In this document: positions 11,637 to 23,573 of the stretch, in pieces | Position numbering within the stretch: position 1 is the first letter of the stretch | Layout of the letters: every line of letters starts with the position of its first letter | Origin: Alphaproteobacteria bacterium | Lineage (GTDB): Bacteria > Pseudomonadota > Alphaproteobacteria > JAUHZY01 | Length of the DNA stretch: 64,000 bases | Direction: 5' to 3' | Assembly (NCBI GenBank): GCA_030425825.1 | Contig: JAUHZY010000002.1 | Span: 34,377-98,376, forward strand | Position numbers and translations under genes: made by a program | Notes under the pieces: model-generated | What the model was told of the DNA's origin: nothing | What the model saw: the letters and a program-made list of their open reading frames with translations, nothing else | Database searches by the model: none

Positions 11637-11948
11637 ATGGCAGCAAAAAAAGACGCAGTTAAAGAAGCACTTTATAACGTTGTTCGTTCTCCGTTGGTAA
11701 CAGAGAAATCAACGCGTGGCTCTGAACATAATCAAGTCACCTTTAAGGTTGACAAGTCTTCAACAAAGCCTGAGATCAAGGCTGCTGTTGAGGGTATTTT
11801 TGGTGTGAAAGTGAAGTCTGTGAATACATTGATTCTTAAAGGTAAGAGTAAAGTATTCCGTGGCATTCGTGGTCGTCGTAGTGACTTGAAAAAAGCGATC
11901 GTTACGCTTGAAGAAGGTCAAACAATTGATATGACGTCGCAAGTATAA
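11637..11948 (+). CDS. rplW: 50S ribosomal protein L23
   Basis: PLVTEKS, KKAIVTL. Confidence 0.98.
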   Translation: MAAKKDAVKEALYNVVRSPLVTEKSTRGSEHNQVTFKVDKSSTKPEIKAAVEGIFGVKVKSVNTLILKGKSKVFRGIRGRRSDLKKAIVTLEEGQTIDMTSQV

Positions 11949-11972
11949 AAAAGATTTTGAGGTATTAAGAAA

Positions 11973-12797
11973 ATGGCTTTAAAGAAATATAAACCGATTA
12001 CACCGGCCCAAAGACAGCTAGTTCTTGTTGATAAGAGTGAGCTTTGGAAGGGTGGTCCTGAGAAATCTTTGGTGTTTGGCCTAAGTAAGTCAGGTGGTCG
12101 TAATAATAATGGGCGTATAACATCTCGTCATCGTGGTGGTGGGCATAAGCGTCGTTATCGTATTATTGATTTTAAGCGTAATAAGTTTGACGCTGTTGGA
12201 GTGGTTGAGCGTATTGAGTACGATCCTAATCGTACTTCTTTCATTGCTTTAATTAAATATGAAGATGGTGAGTTGTCTTACATCTTGGCACCTCAGCGCT
12301 TGAAGGTCGGCGATAAAGTTATTGCTGCAGAGAAGGCTGATGTTAAGCCTGGAAATGCGATGCCTTTGAAGAACATTCCTATTGGTACGATTGTACACAA
12401 TGTTGAAATGAAGCCTGCAAAAGGTGGTCAGATGGCAAGGTCTGCTGGTGCTTATATCCAGTTGGTTGGTCGTGATGGTCCAAATGCACAGCTTAAGTTG
12501 AGTTCTGGTGAACTTCGTGTTGTGTCGGCTGAGTGCATGGCAACTGTTGGTGCTGTTTCAAATGCAGATCATCAAAATGTTGTGATTGGTAAGGCTGGTC
12601 GTAGCAGGTGGTTAGGTAAGCGTCCGAAGGTTCGTGGTGTAGCGATGAACCCAGTTGATCATCCAATGGGTGGTGGTGAAGGGAAGACTTCCGGTGGTCG
12701 TCATCCTTGTACACCTTGGGGTAAGCCAACAAAGGGTGCGCGTACAAGAAGTAACAGAAGAACGGATAAATATATTATTCGTCGTCGTAAACCGTAA
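11973..12797 (+). CDS. rplB: 50S ribosomal protein L2
   Basis: [33 protein letters not shown]. Confidence 0.99.
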   Translation: MALKKYKPITPAQRQLVLVDKSELWKGGPEKSLVFGLSKSGGRNNNGRITSRHRGGGHKRRYRIIDFKRNKFDAVGVVERIEYDPNRTSFIALIKYEDGELSYILAPQRLKVGDKVIAAEKADVKPGNAMPLKNIPIGTIVHNVEMKPAKGGQMARSAGAYIQLVGRDGPNAQLKLSSGELRVVSAECMATVGAVSNADHQNVVIGKAGRSRWLGKRPKVRGVAMNPVDHPMGGGEGKTSGGRHPCTPWGKPTKGARTRSNRRTDKYIIRRRKP

Positions 12798-12812
12798 TTT
12801 AGGAGAAGATAA

Positions 12813-13091
12813 GTGACTCGTTCAGTTTGGAAAGGACCTTTTGTTGATGGCTATTTGCTTAAGAAGGCAGATAAGCTCGTTGAATCAGGTCGTAAGGAAA
12901 TCGTTAAAACTTGGTCACGTCGTTCGACGATTATGCCGCAGTTTGTTAACGTAACATTTGGCGTACATAACGGTCATAAATTTATACCGGTTCTTGTGAC
13001 GGAGCATATGATTGGGCATAAGTTTGGTGAGTTTTCGCCAACACGCACATATCACGGTCATGGTGCTGATAAAAAAGCAAAAAGAGGATAG
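12813..13091 (+). CDS. rpsS: 30S ribosomal protein S19
   Basis: [27 protein letters not shown]. Confidence 0.99.
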   Translation: MTRSVWKGPFVDGYLLKKADKLVESGRKEIVKTWSRRSTIMPQFVNVTFGVHNGHKFIPVLVTEHMIGHKFGEFSPTRTYHGHGADKKAKRG

Positions 13092-13097
13092 TGAGAA

Positions 13098-13505
13098 ATG
13101 GGTAAGAAATCTAATCCTAGAAGAGTTGCGGATAACGAGGCCTTTGCTGTTTTAAAGCAGCATCGCGGTTCTCCTCAAAAGTTAAATCTTTTGGCGCAGT
13201 TGATTCGTGGTAAGTCTGTTGGCCATGCTTTGGCTGAATTGACCTTTTCAACGAAGCGTCCTGCGAAAGATGTTAAAAAGCTTCTTGAGTCTGCAATTGC
13301 AAATGCAGAAAATAATCACGGTCTTGATATTGACCGCCTGTATATTAAAGAGGCGACTGTTGGTAAGGGTTTGGTGATGAAGCGTTTTCGTGCACGTGCA
13401 CGTGGTCGTGGAGCACGTATTTTGAAGCCTTTTTCTCAAATGCGTATTGTTGTGAAAGAGTATGAAGAAGTTGTTGAAGCTGATGCAAAAGAAGGGAATG
13501 CATAA
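13098..13505 (+). CDS. rplV: 50S ribosomal protein L22
   Basis: [19 protein letters not shown]. Confidence 0.98.
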   Translation: MGKKSNPRRVADNEAFAVLKQHRGSPQKLNLLAQLIRGKSVGHALAELTFSTKRPAKDVKKLLESAIANAENNHGLDIDRLYIKEATVGKGLVMKRFRARARGRGARILKPFSQMRIVVKEYEEVVEADAKEGNA

Positions 13506-14209
13506 TGGGTCAAAAAGTTAATCCAATTGGTCTTCGTCTGGGAATTAACAGAAATTGGGATTCTCGCTGGTACGCGGGCAAAAATTATGCTAATCTTCTC
13601 GCCCAAGATTTGGAATTGCGTGAATTCTTGAAGAAAAGACTTAAAGGTGCTGGCGTAAGTCGTATCATTATTGAGCGCCCTGCAAAGCGTGCAAAGGTCA
13701 CAATTCACACAGCGCGTCCAGGTGTTGTTATTGGTAAAAAAGGTGCTGATATTGAGGGTTTGAAAAAAGAATTAGAAAAGAAAACAAACTCTGAAGTTCA
13801 CCTTAATATTGTTGAGATTCGTAAGCCAGAGATCGATGCAACTTTAATTGCCGCAGGTATTGCGCAGCAATTAGAGCGTCGCGTTGGATTCCGTCGTGCG
13901 ATGAAAAGAGCTGTTCAGTCTGCAATGCGTACGGGCGCTGAAGGTGTTCGTATTAATTGTGCTGGTCGTTTGGGTGGCGCAGAAATCGCACGTACTGAAT
14001 GGTATCGTGAAGGTCGTGTGCCATTGCACACATTGCGTGCTGATGTTGATTACGGTATCGCTGAAGCTGCAACGACGTATGGTATTGTTGGCATTAAGGT
14101 TTGGGTCTTTAAGGGCGAAATTTTGGCTCATGATCCAATGGCTCAAGAAAAAAGAATTATTGAGCAACAAGGTGGTCGTAGTGTGAATACACAGGTGCCA
14201 GCAAATTAA
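13505..14209 (+). CDS. rpsC: 30S ribosomal protein S3
   Basis: [23 protein letters not shown]. Confidence 0.99.
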   Translation: MGQKVNPIGLRLGINRNWDSRWYAGKNYANLLAQDLELREFLKKRLKGAGVSRIIIERPAKRAKVTIHTARPGVVIGKKGADIEGLKKELEKKTNSEVHLNIVEIRKPEIDATLIAAGIAQQLERRVGFRRAMKRAVQSAMRTGAEGVRINCAGRLGGAEIARTEWYREGRVPLHTLRADVDYGIAEAATTYGIVGIKVWVFKGEILAHDPMAQEKRIIEQQGGRSVNTQVPAN

Positions 14210-14244
14210 GCGTTGGCAAGTTAATAAATTGAGGTTTTTTAAAA

Positions 14245-14667
14245 ATGTTAAGTCCGAAGAAAACAAAATTTAGAAAAGCATTTAAAGGTCGTATCCACGG
14301 TAATGCAAAAGGTGGGACAAGCCTTAACTTTGGTGCTTTTGGCATGAAAGCTTTGTCTCCAGAGCGTATCACGGCACGTCAGATTGAATCTGCAAGGCGC
14401 GCAATGACACGTTACTTGAAGCGTGAAGGTCGTATTTGGATCCGCATCTTTCCAGATGTTCCTGTTTCTCAAAAGCCTGCTGAGGTTCGCCAAGGTAAAG
14501 GTAAAGGGTCCCCGGAATATTGGGCATGTCGCGTGAAGCCAGGTCGTATTATGTTTGAAATTGGTGGCGTTTCGCGTGAAAAAGCAGAAAAAGCGGTTGA
14601 GCTTGCTGCTGCGAAGCTTCCGAACAAGGTTAAATTCGTAAGCCGTATTGGTGAGGGAGATAGTTAA
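14245..14667 (+). CDS. rplP: 50S ribosomal protein L16
   Basis: [26 protein letters not shown]. Confidence 0.99.
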   Translation: MLSPKKTKFRKAFKGRIHGNAKGGTSLNFGAFGMKALSPERITARQIESARRAMTRYLKREGRIWIRIFPDVPVSQKPAEVRQGKGKGSPEYWACRVKPGRIMFEIGGVSREKAEKAVELAAAKLPNKVKFVSRIGEGDS

Positions 14668-14668
14668 A

Positions 14669-15019
14669 ATGAAAGCCGTTGATTTAAGATTAAAAACGGA
14701 AGACGAGTTGCAGGCTGAGTTGCTTTCTTTGAAAAAAGAACAATTCAATCTTCGCTTCCAAATGGCAAGTGGTCAACTTGAGAATACATCTCGTACGCGT
14801 CAAGTGCGTCGTGCGATTGCGTCTATCAAAACAATTTTGACTGAAAAGAAAAAAGGCATTGTTGTTCCAAAAGCCGCTCCTAAGAAGAAGCCCGTTAAAA
14901 AGGCTGCTCCTAAAAAAGCTGCGGCAGAAGAAAAAACAGCTGCAAAGAAAGCAACAACGAAGAAGGCGCCTGCGAAAAAAGCAGCCCCTAAGAAAAAATC
15001 CGATGAGGGAGATAAGTAA
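14669..15019 (+). CDS. rpmC: 50S ribosomal protein L29 with long Lys/Ala/Pro-rich C-terminal extension
   Basis: [19 protein letters not shown] core, then AAPKKK-type repeats; start ATG 14669 after GAGGGAG. Confidence 0.95.
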   Translation: MKAVDLRLKTEDELQAELLSLKKEQFNLRFQMASGQLENTSRTRQVRRAIASIKTILTEKKKGIVVPKAAPKKKPVKKAAPKKAAAEEKTAAKKATTKKAPAKKAAPKKKSDEGDK

Positions 15020-15252
15020 TGCCAAAACGTATTTTGCAAGGTGATGTCGTAAGTGATAGCGGGGACAAAACAGTTGTTGTTCTTGTTGAGCGTCGTGTGA
15101 TGCACCCTAAATATAAAAAGTTTGTTAAGAAGTCTAAAAAATTTACTGCTCATGATGAAAAAAATGAGATCAAAAAGGGAGACATTGTGCGTATTCAAGA
15201 GTGTCGTCCGATCTCAAAAAGAAAGACATGGACAGTTATAGAAAAAGTTTAA
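15019..15252 (+). CDS. rpsQ: 30S ribosomal protein S17
   Basis: GDVVSD..DKTVVV, HPKYKK, ECRPISK. Confidence 0.98.
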   Translation: MPKRILQGDVVSDSGDKTVVVLVERRVMHPKYKKFVKKSKKFTAHDEKNEIKKGDIVRIQECRPISKRKTWTVIEKV

Positions 15253-15269
15253 GTCAAAGGATTTGAGAA

Positions 15270-15638
15270 ATGATTATAGCAGAAACAAGACTCGGTGTCG
15301 CAGATAACTCAGGTGCACAAGAAGTTCAGTGTATCAAGGTTTTGGGTGGTTCAAAAAGACGTTCCGCTAATATCGGTGACGTTATCGTTGTCTCTATTAA
15401 AAAAGCAATGCCACGCGGCAAGGTGAAAAAAGGTGATGTGCGTCGCGCTGTGATCGTTCGTACGGCATATGGTGTGAAGCGTCCAGACGGAAGCGCGATT
15501 CGATTCGATAAGAATGCCGTTGTTTTGTTAGGTAATAATAATGAGCCTGTGGGTACACGTGTTTTTGGTCCGGTTGCGAGAGAGCTTCGTGGACAAGGAT
15601 TCATGAAAATCGTATCTCTAGCTCCTGAAGTATTGTAA
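15270..15638 (+). CDS. rplN: 50S ribosomal protein L14
   Basis: [26 protein letters not shown]. Confidence 0.99.
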   Translation: MIIAETRLGVADNSGAQEVQCIKVLGGSKRRSANIGDVIVVSIKKAMPRGKVKKGDVRRAVIVRTAYGVKRPDGSAIRFDKNAVVLLGNNNEPVGTRVFGPVARELRGQGFMKIVSLAPEVL

Positions 15639-15654
15639 GAGAGGTTTTAAGAAA

Positions 15655-15984
15655 ATGGCTGCAAAATTTAGAAAAGGTGACGAAGTCATCATTCTTACTG
15701 GTAAAGATAAAGGTAAGAAGGGCGCGATCTTAAAAATGCTTGATAAAGGTGAGCGTGCTCTTGTACAGGGTGTTAATATGGTTAAGCGCCATATGCGTCC
15801 ATCACAAATGCAGGCTGGTGGAATTGTAAACAAAGAAGCTGCGCTTCACGTTTCAAACCTTTCTCACGTTGACCCAAAGTCTGGCGATGCAACACGTATC
15901 GGATTTAAGTCTTTGGAAGACGGCACAAAGGTAAGATTCGCTAAGAAGTCTGGTGAAATCATTAAGGCAGTAGGAGATAACTAA
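15655..15984 (+). CDS. rplX: 50S ribosomal protein L24
   Basis: [20 protein letters not shown] motif. Confidence 0.98.
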   Translation: MAAKFRKGDEVIILTGKDKGKKGAILKMLDKGERALVQGVNMVKRHMRPSQMQAGGIVNKEAALHVSNLSHVDPKSGDATRIGFKSLEDGTKVRFAKKSGEIIKAVGDN

Positions 15985-15986
15985 AA

Positions 15987-16529
15987 ATGACGCGTTTAGC
16001 TGAATTATATAACAAAGAAATTAAGCACGCTTTGATGAAAGAGCTTGGCTACAAAAATATTATGGAAGTGCCAAAGCTTGAGAAGATCGTCATCAATATG
16101 GGTGTTGGTGAGGGCTCTAAAGATAAGAAAAAAGTTGAGTCTGCTGTTAAAGATATGACACTTATTTCGGGCCAAAAGCCTGTCGTAACAAAAGCAAAAA
16201 AGGCGATTGCTGGATTTAAGATTCGTGAAGAAATGCCGATTGGATGTAAGGTTACATTGCGTCGTCAGCGTATGTACGAATTTTTGGATCGTTTGGTTAA
16301 TGTTGCGATGCCACGTATTCGTGACTTCCGAGGTATTTCAGGTAAAAGCTTTGATGGTAACGGTAACTATGCAATGGGTATTAAAGAGCAGTTGATCTTC
16401 CCAGAAATTAGTTATGACCAAGTGGATTCAATTCGTGGAATGGACATTATCTTTGTCACAACTGCGAAAACAGATGAGGAAGCAAAAGCGTTGCTTTCTA
16501 AATTTAACATGCCTTTTAAGAAGAGCTAG
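15987..16529 (+). CDS. rplE: 50S ribosomal protein L5
   Basis: [22 protein letters not shown]. Confidence 0.99.
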   Translation: MTRLAELYNKEIKHALMKELGYKNIMEVPKLEKIVINMGVGEGSKDKKKVESAVKDMTLISGQKPVVTKAKKAIAGFKIREEMPIGCKVTLRRQRMYEFLDRLVNVAMPRIRDFRGISGKSFDGNGNYAMGIKEQLIFPEISYDQVDSIRGMDIIFVTTAKTDEEAKALLSKFNMPFKKS

Positions 16530-16539
16530 AGAGGGTCAA

Positions 16540-16851
16540 ATGGCTAAAAAAAGTTCAATCAAAAAGAATCTAAAGCGTAAAGCAATGTCTGATTTGCCAA
16601 GTGGTATGGCAAAAAGACAAGAGATTAAGAAACTGTTGAAAAACAAAGACCTTTCTTGGGCTGAAAGACAAGAGTTGCAAGACAAGCTTACAAAGATGCC
16701 GCGCGATACAGCAGCATCTCGTGTGCGCAATCGTTGTTTCTTGACAGGACGTTCAAGAGGTAACATTAGAAGATTTGGTATTTCACGTATTATGTTGCGT
16801 GAATTAGGTTCTCAGGGATTGGTCCCTGGTTTAAAGAAATCAAGCTGGTAA
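16540..16851 (+). CDS. rpsN: 30S ribosomal protein S14 (long, zinc-independent type)
   Basis: MAKKSS..., [22 protein letters not shown]; start ATG 16540. Confidence 0.97.
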   Translation: MAKKSSIKKNLKRKAMSDLPSGMAKRQEIKKLLKNKDLSWAERQELQDKLTKMPRDTAASRVRNRCFLTGRSRGNIRRFGISRIMLRELGSQGLVPGLKKSSW

Positions 16852-16867
16852 TAAGGAGAATAAAGCC

Positions 16868-17263
16868 ATGATGACAGATCCTATTGCGGATATGTTGACG
16901 AGAATTAGAAACGGTCAAAGAGCAGGTAAAAAAACTGTCTCTGTGCCAGCGTCTAAGAGACATGCTAACATTTTAGATGTTCTTCAAAGAGAAGGATATA
17001 TTGTTGGTCACAAAACAGAGGAAGTCCGTAAGGGTATTTCTAATCTGGTTGTTGAACTGAAGTATTTTGAAGGTGATGCGGTTATTCAAGAGATTGATCG
17101 TGTGTCAAAGCCTGGTCGTCGCGTATACTCAAATGTTTCAGATATGCCACGTGTTCACAATGGTTTAGGTATCTCTATTCTTTCGACATCGAAAGGTGTG
17201 ATGTCTGATTTTGAAGCGCGCCAGTCAAAAGTTGGTGGTGAGGTTATTTGTACTGTCTTCTAA
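16868..17263 (+). CDS. rpsH: 30S ribosomal protein S8
   Basis: [26 protein letters not shown]. Confidence 0.99.
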   Translation: MMTDPIADMLTRIRNGQRAGKKTVSVPASKRHANILDVLQREGYIVGHKTEEVRKGISNLVVELKYFEGDAVIQEIDRVSKPGRRVYSNVSDMPRVHNGLGISILSTSKGVMSDFEARQSKVGGEVICTVF

Positions 17264-17301
17264 TAAGTAGAAGATAATTGTAAAGTAAAAAGGATAAAAA
17301 A

Positions 17302-17835
17302 ATGTCTCGTATTGGTAAGAAACCTGCTCAGATTCCAGAAGGTGTTGATGTCGCCGTTGCTAATGGTGCCGTAACAGTTAAAGGTAAGCAGGGTGAACTT
17401 TCAATGCCTTTGACAAATCTTGTTGAAGTTAAAGTTCAAGAGAGTCTTTTGTCTGTAACGCCGAATGATAATTCGCGTGAAGCAAAGCTTATGTGGGGAA
17501 CAACACAAAGAAACATCATGAACATGATGACGGGTGTGTCTGAAGGTTTTTCACGCAGATTGAAGCTTATTGGTGTTGGTTATCGCGCTAATGTTCAGGG
17601 TAAAACACTGGTTTTGCAGCTGGGCTATAGCCACGATATTAACCATGAAATTCCAGACGGCATTAAAATTACTTGTGAAGACCAAACAACTGTTGTTGTT
17701 AGCGGTATTGATAAGCAGCTTGTCGGAGCTGTTGCTGCTAAAATTCGTTCATACCGTAAGCCAGAGCCTTATAAAGGTAAGGGTGTTCGTTATGAAGATG
17801 AGTATGTAGAACGTAAAGAAGGAAAGAAGAAATAA
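17302..17835 (+). CDS. rplF: 50S ribosomal protein L6
   Basis: [15 protein letters not shown]. Confidence 0.99.
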   Translation: MSRIGKKPAQIPEGVDVAVANGAVTVKGKQGELSMPLTNLVEVKVQESLLSVTPNDNSREAKLMWGTTQRNIMNMMTGVSEGFSRRLKLIGVGYRANVQGKTLVLQLGYSHDINHEIPDGIKITCEDQTTVVVSGIDKQLVGAVAAKIRSYRKPEPYKGKGVRYEDEYVERKEGKKK

Positions 17836-17836
17836 A

Positions 17837-18199
17837 ATGGCTGTTTCATCTAGAGATAAATTTACAAGACGCAAAAGAAGAGCACGTTACGCATTACGTC
17901 AACGTTCAAAAGGTAAACTTCGTTTGTCAGTTTTTCGTTCTGGTCAAAACATTTATGCGCAGGTCATTAATGATGCTGAAGGTGTAACTATTACGCAGGC
18001 TTCAACACTTGATAAAGAACTGAAGTCTTTGAAATCTAAAAGCAACAAGGATGCTGCTGCTGAAGTTGGAAAACTTATTGGTAAGCGCGCAGTTGCTGCA
18101 GGTGTCGATCAAGTTGTATTTGATCGCGGTGGTTATTTGTTCCATGGTCGTGTGAAGGCTGTTGCCGATGGTGCACGCGAAGCTGGACTTAAGTTTTAA
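17837..18199 (+). CDS. rplR: 50S ribosomal protein L18
   Basis: [20 protein letters not shown]. Confidence 0.98.
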   Translation: MAVSSRDKFTRRKRRARYALRQRSKGKLRLSVFRSGQNIYAQVINDAEGVTITQASTLDKELKSLKSKSNKDAAAEVGKLIGKRAVAAGVDQVVFDRGGYLFHGRVKAVADGAREAGLKF

Positions 18200-18215
18200 T
18201 CGTAGAGGATAAAAA

Positions 18216-18794
18216 ATGTCAAAAAACGCTCGTGCAAAAAAAGAACAAACGGAACAAGAATACATTGATAAGCTTGTCCACATTAATCGCGTTGCTAAAG
18301 TTGTAAAAGGGGGTCGTCGTTTCGGCTTTGCAGCTTTGGTTGTTGTTGGTGATGGTAAGGGACGTGTTGGTTTCGGTTCTGGTAAAGCAAAAGAAGTGCC
18401 AGAAGCTGTGAGAAAAGCTTCAGAGCAAGCAAAGAAAAAGATGATTCGTGTTCCTTTACGTGAAGGCCGTACGCTTCATCATGATATTGAGAAGTCGTTT
18501 GGCGCAGGCCACGTTGTTATTCGATCAGCACCAGTTGGTACAGGGATTATCGCCGGTGGTCCGACGCGTGCAATTTTTGAAGCACTTGGTGTACATGATG
18601 TTGTTGCTAAATCGATTGGTTCTTCAAACCCTTACAACATGGTTAAGGCAACTTTTGAAGCATTGAAGGCAATTAACTCACCAAAGCTTGTGGCATCGCG
18701 CCGTGGTAAAAAAGTAAGTGATATTGTTGTGCGTCGTGGAGATGTTGCTGTTGAAACATCCTCTACTGACCAAGCAAAAAAAGATGAGGCTTAA
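18216..18794 (+). CDS. rpsE: 30S ribosomal protein S5
   Basis: [22 protein letters not shown]. Confidence 0.99.
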   Translation: MSKNARAKKEQTEQEYIDKLVHINRVAKVVKGGRRFGFAALVVVGDGKGRVGFGSGKAKEVPEAVRKASEQAKKKMIRVPLREGRTLHHDIEKSFGAGHVVIRSAPVGTGIIAGGPTRAIFEALGVHDVVAKSIGSSNPYNMVKATFEALKAINSPKLVASRRGKKVSDIVVRRGDVAVETSSTDQAKKDEA

Positions 18795-18799
18795 GAAAA

Positions 18800-19024
18800 A
18801 TGATTAAGGTTACTCAAACAGGAAGTCCAATTGGACGTAAAGCAGATCAAAGAGCGACATTGGTTGGTCTTGGTTTAAATAAGATGAATCGTTCCCGCAT
18901 TTTGGAAGATACGCCAGCTGTTCGCGGTATGATCAAGAAGGTAGGCCATCTTATTACGGTTGAAGAAGGTGTTGCAGCACCTAAGGCTGCTGCCCCAAAG
19001 AAAAAAACTGCTGCAAAGAAATAG
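18800..19024 (+). CDS. rpmD: 50S ribosomal protein L30 with short basic tail
   Basis: [19 protein letters not shown]. Confidence 0.97.
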   Translation: MIKVTQTGSPIGRKADQRATLVGLGLNKMNRSRILEDTPAVRGMIKKVGHLITVEEGVAAPKAAAPKKKTAAKK

Positions 19025-19068
19025 GTTGCAGTAAAGATTAATTGAGCATCCAAGTAGGGGATATAAAA

Positions 19069-19539
19069 ATGAAATTAAATGAACTAAAAGATAATCAAGG
19101 CGCCCGCCAGGCGAAAAAACGTCTTGGTCAAGGTATTGGGTCTGGTAAGGGTAAAACTGCTGGTCGCGGTCATAAGGGACAGAAAGCACGTTCAGGCGTT
19201 TCATTGAACGGTTTTGAAGGTGGTCAAATGCCTTTATACCAACGTCTTCCAAAGCGTGGGTTCAACAGCCGTAATCGTGTTGAAAATCGCGTTATCAATC
19301 TGGGTCGTCTTCAGGCTGCTATTGAAAAAGGTACATTGAAAAAAGGAAGTGACTTGACAGAAGAAACACTTTCAACGCTTGGTCTAGTGGGTAAAGGCTC
19401 AACGCCAGTTCGCTTGCTTGCAAAGGGCGATTTGAAGGATCCTTTGAACATTACAGTGACATCAGCTTCTGAGGCAGCAATTAAAGCTGTTGAAAAAATT
19501 GGTGGAAAGGTTACACTAACCGCTTCTAAGGCATCTTAA
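19069..19539 (+). CDS. rplO: 50S ribosomal protein L15
   Basis: GIGSGKGKTAGRGHKGQKAR, GFEGGQMPL. Confidence 0.98.
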   Translation: MKLNELKDNQGARQAKKRLGQGIGSGKGKTAGRGHKGQKARSGVSLNGFEGGQMPLYQRLPKRGFNSRNRVENRVINLGRLQAAIEKGTLKKGSDLTEETLSTLGLVGKGSTPVRLLAKGDLKDPLNITVTSASEAAIKAVEKIGGKVTLTASKAS

Positions 19540-19581
19540 TTCGCCTTAATAGTCTTCTGATCTGTTCAAGAGGGGGTTACA

Positions 19582-20922
19582 GTGTCATCTGCCGATCGGC
19601 TAGCAAGCCAATTTAGTGCGTCAGCTTTTTCAAAAGCTGTTGAGCTTAAAAAAAGAATACTTTTTACATTAGGAGCTTTAATTGTCTACCGTTTGGGGAC
19701 ATACGTTCCTCTTCCTGGTATTGATGCTACGATTTTATCTCAAGTCTTCCAACAAAATGCAGGTGGTATTCTGGGCATGTTTGACATGCTTGCAGGTGGT
19801 GCCTTAAGCCGGATGACAATCTTTGCACTTAATATTATGCCCTATATTTCAGCTTCTATCATTGTTCAGTTGATGGCTGTGGTTTCACCGCATATTGATC
19901 AACTGAAAAAAGAAGGCGAAGCAGGTCGTCGTACATTAAACCAATACACACGTTACGGAACTGTTTTTCTCGCGGCGATTCAAGGATATGGTATTGCGGT
20001 TGGCTTGGAAGGTATGACAGGTGGTGCCGGTGCATCAGCCGTTATTGATCCTGGGTTTATGTTTAGACTGACAACAGTGATAACGCTGGTTGGCGGAACT
20101 GTTTTTCTCATGTGGTTAGGTGAACAAATTACGGACCGCGGAATTGGTAATGGAATTTCTTTGATTATCTTTGCGGGGATTGTTGCCAATCTTCCATTGG
20201 GTGTGGCTCAGACATTTGAGTTGGCAAGAACAGGCTCTATCTCATCAGGGTTTTTGTTGTTTATAGGTATTATGGTTGTTGCAGTGATTGCCTTCATTGT
20301 TTATATGGAGCGTGCGCAGCGACGTGTTATCGTCCAATATCCTAAAAGACAAGTGAGTGGGAATAAAATGGCTGGTGGGAACAGTTCTCATATGCCTTTA
20401 AAATTAAATACGGCTGGTGTTATTCCACCAATTTTTGCAAGTTCATTGTTGCTGCTTCCTGTGACGTTGGCTAATTTTACAGCGGGTCAAGGGCCTGCAT
20501 GGCTTGAACAAACAACACAAATGTTGGCGCATGGTAAGCCTCTTTATATCGCTGTTTATACATTTATGATTATTTTCTTCTGTTTCTTTTACACGGCTGT
20601 TGTTTTTAATCCAAAAGATACAGCTGATAACCTAAGAAAATATGGTGGATTCGTTCCTGGCATCAGGCCTGGTAAAAATACAGCAGATTATTTTGATCAT
20701 GTTTTAACTCGTTTAACAGCAGTTGGTGCGCTTTATCTTGCCGCGATCTGTGTCTTGCCGGAATTATTGATTGCAAAAACAGCTGTGCCGTTTTACTTTG
20801 GAGGGACAAGTCTTCTTATTGTTGTGACAGTTACAATGGATACAGTGACACAAGTTCAGTCTCACCTTCTAGCGCATCAATATGAGGGTTTAATCAAGAA
20901 ATCCAAATTGCGAGGACGTTAA
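19582..20922 (+). CDS. secY: Preprotein translocase subunit SecY
   Basis: Multi-TM protein; IMPYISASI, WLGEQIT, GIGNGISL, PGIRPG, GGTSLLI. Confidence 0.99.
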   Translation: MSSADRLASQFSASAFSKAVELKKRILFTLGALIVYRLGTYVPLPGIDATILSQVFQQNAGGILGMFDMLAGGALSRMTIFALNIMPYISASIIVQLMAVVSPHIDQLKKEGEAGRRTLNQYTRYGTVFLAAIQGYGIAVGLEGMTGGAGASAVIDPGFMFRLTTVITLVGGTVFLMWLGEQITDRGIGNGISLIIFAGIVANLPLGVAQTFELARTGSISSGFLLFIGIMVVAVIAFIVYMERAQRRVIVQYPKRQVSGNKMAGGNSSHMPLKLNTAGVIPPIFASSLLLLPVTLANFTAGQGPAWLEQTTQMLAHGKPLYIAVYTFMIIFFCFFYTAVVFNPKDTADNLRKYGGFVPGIRPGKNTADYFDHVLTRLTAVGALYLAAICVLPELLIAKTAVPFYFGGTSLLIVVTVTMDTVTQVQSHLLAHQYEGLIKKSKLRGR

Positions 20923-20924
20923 TA

Positions 20925-21569
20925 ATGAATATTATTCTTCTGGGTCCACCAGGTGCTGGAAAAGGAACACAAGCAAAACGACTAGAAAAAAAGTTCGAGC
21001 TTGTTCATCTTTCGACAGGTGATATGTTGCGTGCTGTTGTAGCGTCTGGATCTGACTTTGGTACCAAGCTTAAGGGTATCATGGAAGCTGGTCAGTTAAT
21101 CTCAGATGATATTATGATTCAGATGATCGAAGAAAGAATCGGTCAACCAGATTGTGAAAAAGGCTTTATTCTAGACGGCTTCCCAAGAACAATACCTCAA
21201 GCAGAAGCGTTAGATGAAATGCTTTCTAGCAACCAAATCTCTTTAGACTATGTTGTGAAGATGGATGTTGATGAGGAAGACCTTGTTAGACGTATTGTTG
21301 GTCGCTTTTCTTGCGCAAAATGTGGTGCAGGTTATCATGATAAATTTAGCCCTCCTGTAAAGGAAGGTGTTTGTGATTCATGTGGTAACGTAGAGTTTGT
21401 ACGTCGTCCAGATGATAATGAAGAGACAGTTCGTGCGCGTTTTGATGCTTATCGCAAGCAAACAGAGCCTATCTTACCGTACTATAAATCGAAAAATATT
21501 TTGAAAACGATTGACGGTATGGGGTCGATTGACGATGTGACTGCACAAATCCAACAAATCATTGTATAA
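20925..21569 (+). CDS. adk: Adenylate kinase (long, Cys4 LID)
   Basis: [10 protein letters not shown]-loop, LDGFPR, CAKC...CDSC. Confidence 0.98.
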   Translation: MNIILLGPPGAGKGTQAKRLEKKFELVHLSTGDMLRAVVASGSDFGTKLKGIMEAGQLISDDIMIQMIEERIGQPDCEKGFILDGFPRTIPQAEALDEMLSSNQISLDYVVKMDVDEEDLVRRIVGRFSCAKCGAGYHDKFSPPVKEGVCDSCGNVEFVRRPDDNEETVRARFDAYRKQTEPILPYYKSKNILKTIDGMGSIDDVTAQIQQIIV

Positions 21570-21596
21570 TTTTTGAAAAAATATACGCAAGACTTG

Positions 21597-21624
21597 TTGA
21601 CAGTGTTGAATTATACTGTATAAT
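21597..21624 (+). promoter_or_regulatory. sigma70-type promoter of the alpha operon
   Basis: TTGACA-N16-TATAAT in the adk-rpsM intergenic region. Confidence 0.75.
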
Positions 21625-21703
21625 CCGTCGCCCTGGCCCTTTTTTTGGGCACAGAAAGACAAATATATTGCTTGAAAAAAGCTTTAAAATTAGGAGTAAG
21701 ATC

Positions 21704-22072
21704 GTGCCACGTATTGCGGGTGTAAACATTAGAGATAGTAAGAGAGCCGTTATCGCTTTGACTGATATTTACGGCATTGGACCAAAGTTCGCGAAAGACA
21801 TTTGTGAAAAAGCAAATATTTCGCTGACGTGTCGTGCAAACGAGCTGACTGAAGATGAAGTTGTTCGTATTCGTGAAATTATTGATGCAGATTACAAAGT
21901 TGAAGGTGATCTTCGTCGTGAAATTTCTATGAATATTAAAAGATTGACAGATTTAGGTTGCTATCGCGGTCTTCGTCACAGAAAAGGTCTTCCTGTTAGA
22001 GGGCAAAGAACCCATACAAATGCAAGAACGCGTAAGGGTAAAGCTGTACCGATTGCTGGTAAGAAAAAATAA
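21704..22072 (+). CDS. rpsM: 30S ribosomal protein S13
   Basis: [28 protein letters not shown]; GTG start at 21704 after AGGAG. Confidence 0.98.
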   Translation: MPRIAGVNIRDSKRAVIALTDIYGIGPKFAKDICEKANISLTCRANELTEDEVVRIREIIDADYKVEGDLRREISMNIKRLTDLGCYRGLRHRKGLPVRGQRTHTNARTRKGKAVPIAGKKK

Positions 22073-22091
22073 GAAATAAGGAATCATATAA

Positions 22092-22481
22092 ATGGCAAAA
22101 CCTCAGACACGATCACGTAAAAAAACGTCTAAGAACATTACAGAGGGCGTTGTACACATTAACTCAACGTTCAATAATACGACGATCAATATTACAGATG
22201 AGCAAGGTAACACAGTTTGCTGGTGTACCGCAGGTGCTAAAGGCTTTAAAGGGTCTCGTAAGTCAACACCTTTTGCTGCACAGATTGCTGCTGAAGATGT
22301 GGCTGCTAAGGCAGTTGAGAATGGTCTTAAGTCTGTAAAGGTCCACGTAAAAGGCCCTGGTTCAGGTCGTGAGTCTGCTATCCGCGCGATACAGGCTGCT
22401 GGTATTGTTATCACAGAAATTCGTGACGTTACACCTGTTCCTCATAACGGTTGTCGCCCACCAAAGCGTCGTCGCGTATAA
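22092..22481 (+). CDS. rpsK: 30S ribosomal protein S11
   Basis: [33 protein letters not shown]. Confidence 0.99.
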   Translation: MAKPQTRSRKKTSKNITEGVVHINSTFNNTTINITDEQGNTVCWCTAGAKGFKGSRKSTPFAAQIAAEDVAAKAVENGLKSVKVHVKGPGSGRESAIRAIQAAGIVITEIRDVTPVPHNGCRPPKRRRV

Positions 22482-22532
22482 GTTTATTTTAGTATATTTT
22501 TGTATATAACCTTCAAAATAGGGGATTGTTAA

Positions 22533-23549
22533 GTGATTCAGGAAAATTGGAATAGTTTGATTAAACCAAACAAATTAGAAATCGTTCCCGGTTCTGATCC
22601 TAAGAGATTCGCGTCATTAGTTGCAGAGCCTTTGGAATGTGGTTTTGGTATGACGCTTGGTAATGGTTTGCGTCGTATTTTGTTGTCATCTATCCAAGGT
22701 GCAGCAATTACAGCTATCCAGGTTGACAATGTTCTTCATGAGTTCTCTTCTATTCCAGGTGTTCGTGAAGATGTGACAAATATTATTTTGAATATTAAAT
22801 CAATCGCTTTGCGTGTTGGTACTGAAGGTTCTAAGCGTCTGACGCTGAAAGCAAAAGGTCCATGTGAAGTAACTGCAGGTATGATTGATCTGACTCATGA
22901 TGTTGAAATCATTAACCCTGATCTTGTGATTTGTACACTGGATAAAGATGAAGAGCTTTCTATGGTCTTCACTGTTGATACAGGTAAGGGTTATGTTCCT
23001 GCAAATCAAAACCGTCCCGATGATGCGCCAATTGGTTATATTCCAATTGATGCAATTTTCTCGCCTGTTCGTAAGGTAACTTACAATGTTGAGAATGCAC
23101 GTGTTGGACAGGTGACGGATTATGACAAGCTGACTGTAAAGGTTGAGACAGATGGATCTGTTACACCTGAAGATGCGATTGCTTTTGCTGCACGCATTAT
23201 GCAAGATCAGCTAAGATTGTTCATTAACTTTGATGAGCCTGAAGAGGATACATCAAAAGATAAAGCAGATGAGCTTCCATTTGATCGCAATCTTCTTCGT
23301 AAGGTTGAGGAGCTTGAGCTTTCTGTTCGTTCTGCGAACTGCTTGAAAAATGATAATATCGTTTATATTGGTGACCTTGTGCAAAAAACAGAAGCAGAAA
23401 TGCTGCGCACACCAAACTTTGGTCGTAAATCTTTGAATGAAATCAAAGAAATATTAGCTGCGATGGGTCTTCGTTTTGGGATGGATGTCGATGGATGGCC
23501 GCCTGAGAATATCGAAGAGCTTTCCAGACAAATCGAAGATCCTTTTTAA
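22533..23549 (+). CDS. rpoA: RNA polymerase alpha subunit
   Basis: [37 protein letters not shown]. Confidence 0.99.
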   Translation: MIQENWNSLIKPNKLEIVPGSDPKRFASLVAEPLECGFGMTLGNGLRRILLSSIQGAAITAIQVDNVLHEFSSIPGVREDVTNIILNIKSIALRVGTEGSKRLTLKAKGPCEVTAGMIDLTHDVEIINPDLVICTLDKDEELSMVFTVDTGKGYVPANQNRPDDAPIGYIPIDAIFSPVRKVTYNVENARVGQVTDYDKLTVKVETDGSVTPEDAIAFAARIMQDQLRLFINFDEPEEDTSKDKADELPFDRNLLRKVEELELSVRSANCLKNDNIVYIGDLVQKTEAEMLRTPNFGRKSLNEIKEILAAMGLRFGMDVDGWPPENIEELSRQIEDPF

Positions 23550-23573
23550 GGATTAGTTTTAGGAGTTAACACA

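Noticed and set aside
20922-21704. Absence of rpmJ, infA and map between secY and rpsM
   Set aside because: secY-adk-rpsM is the normal alphaproteobacterial order
6171-23415. Many alternative-frame and antisense ORFs over the ribosomal superoperon
   Set aside because: Fully overlap conserved genes and are explained by biased codon usage
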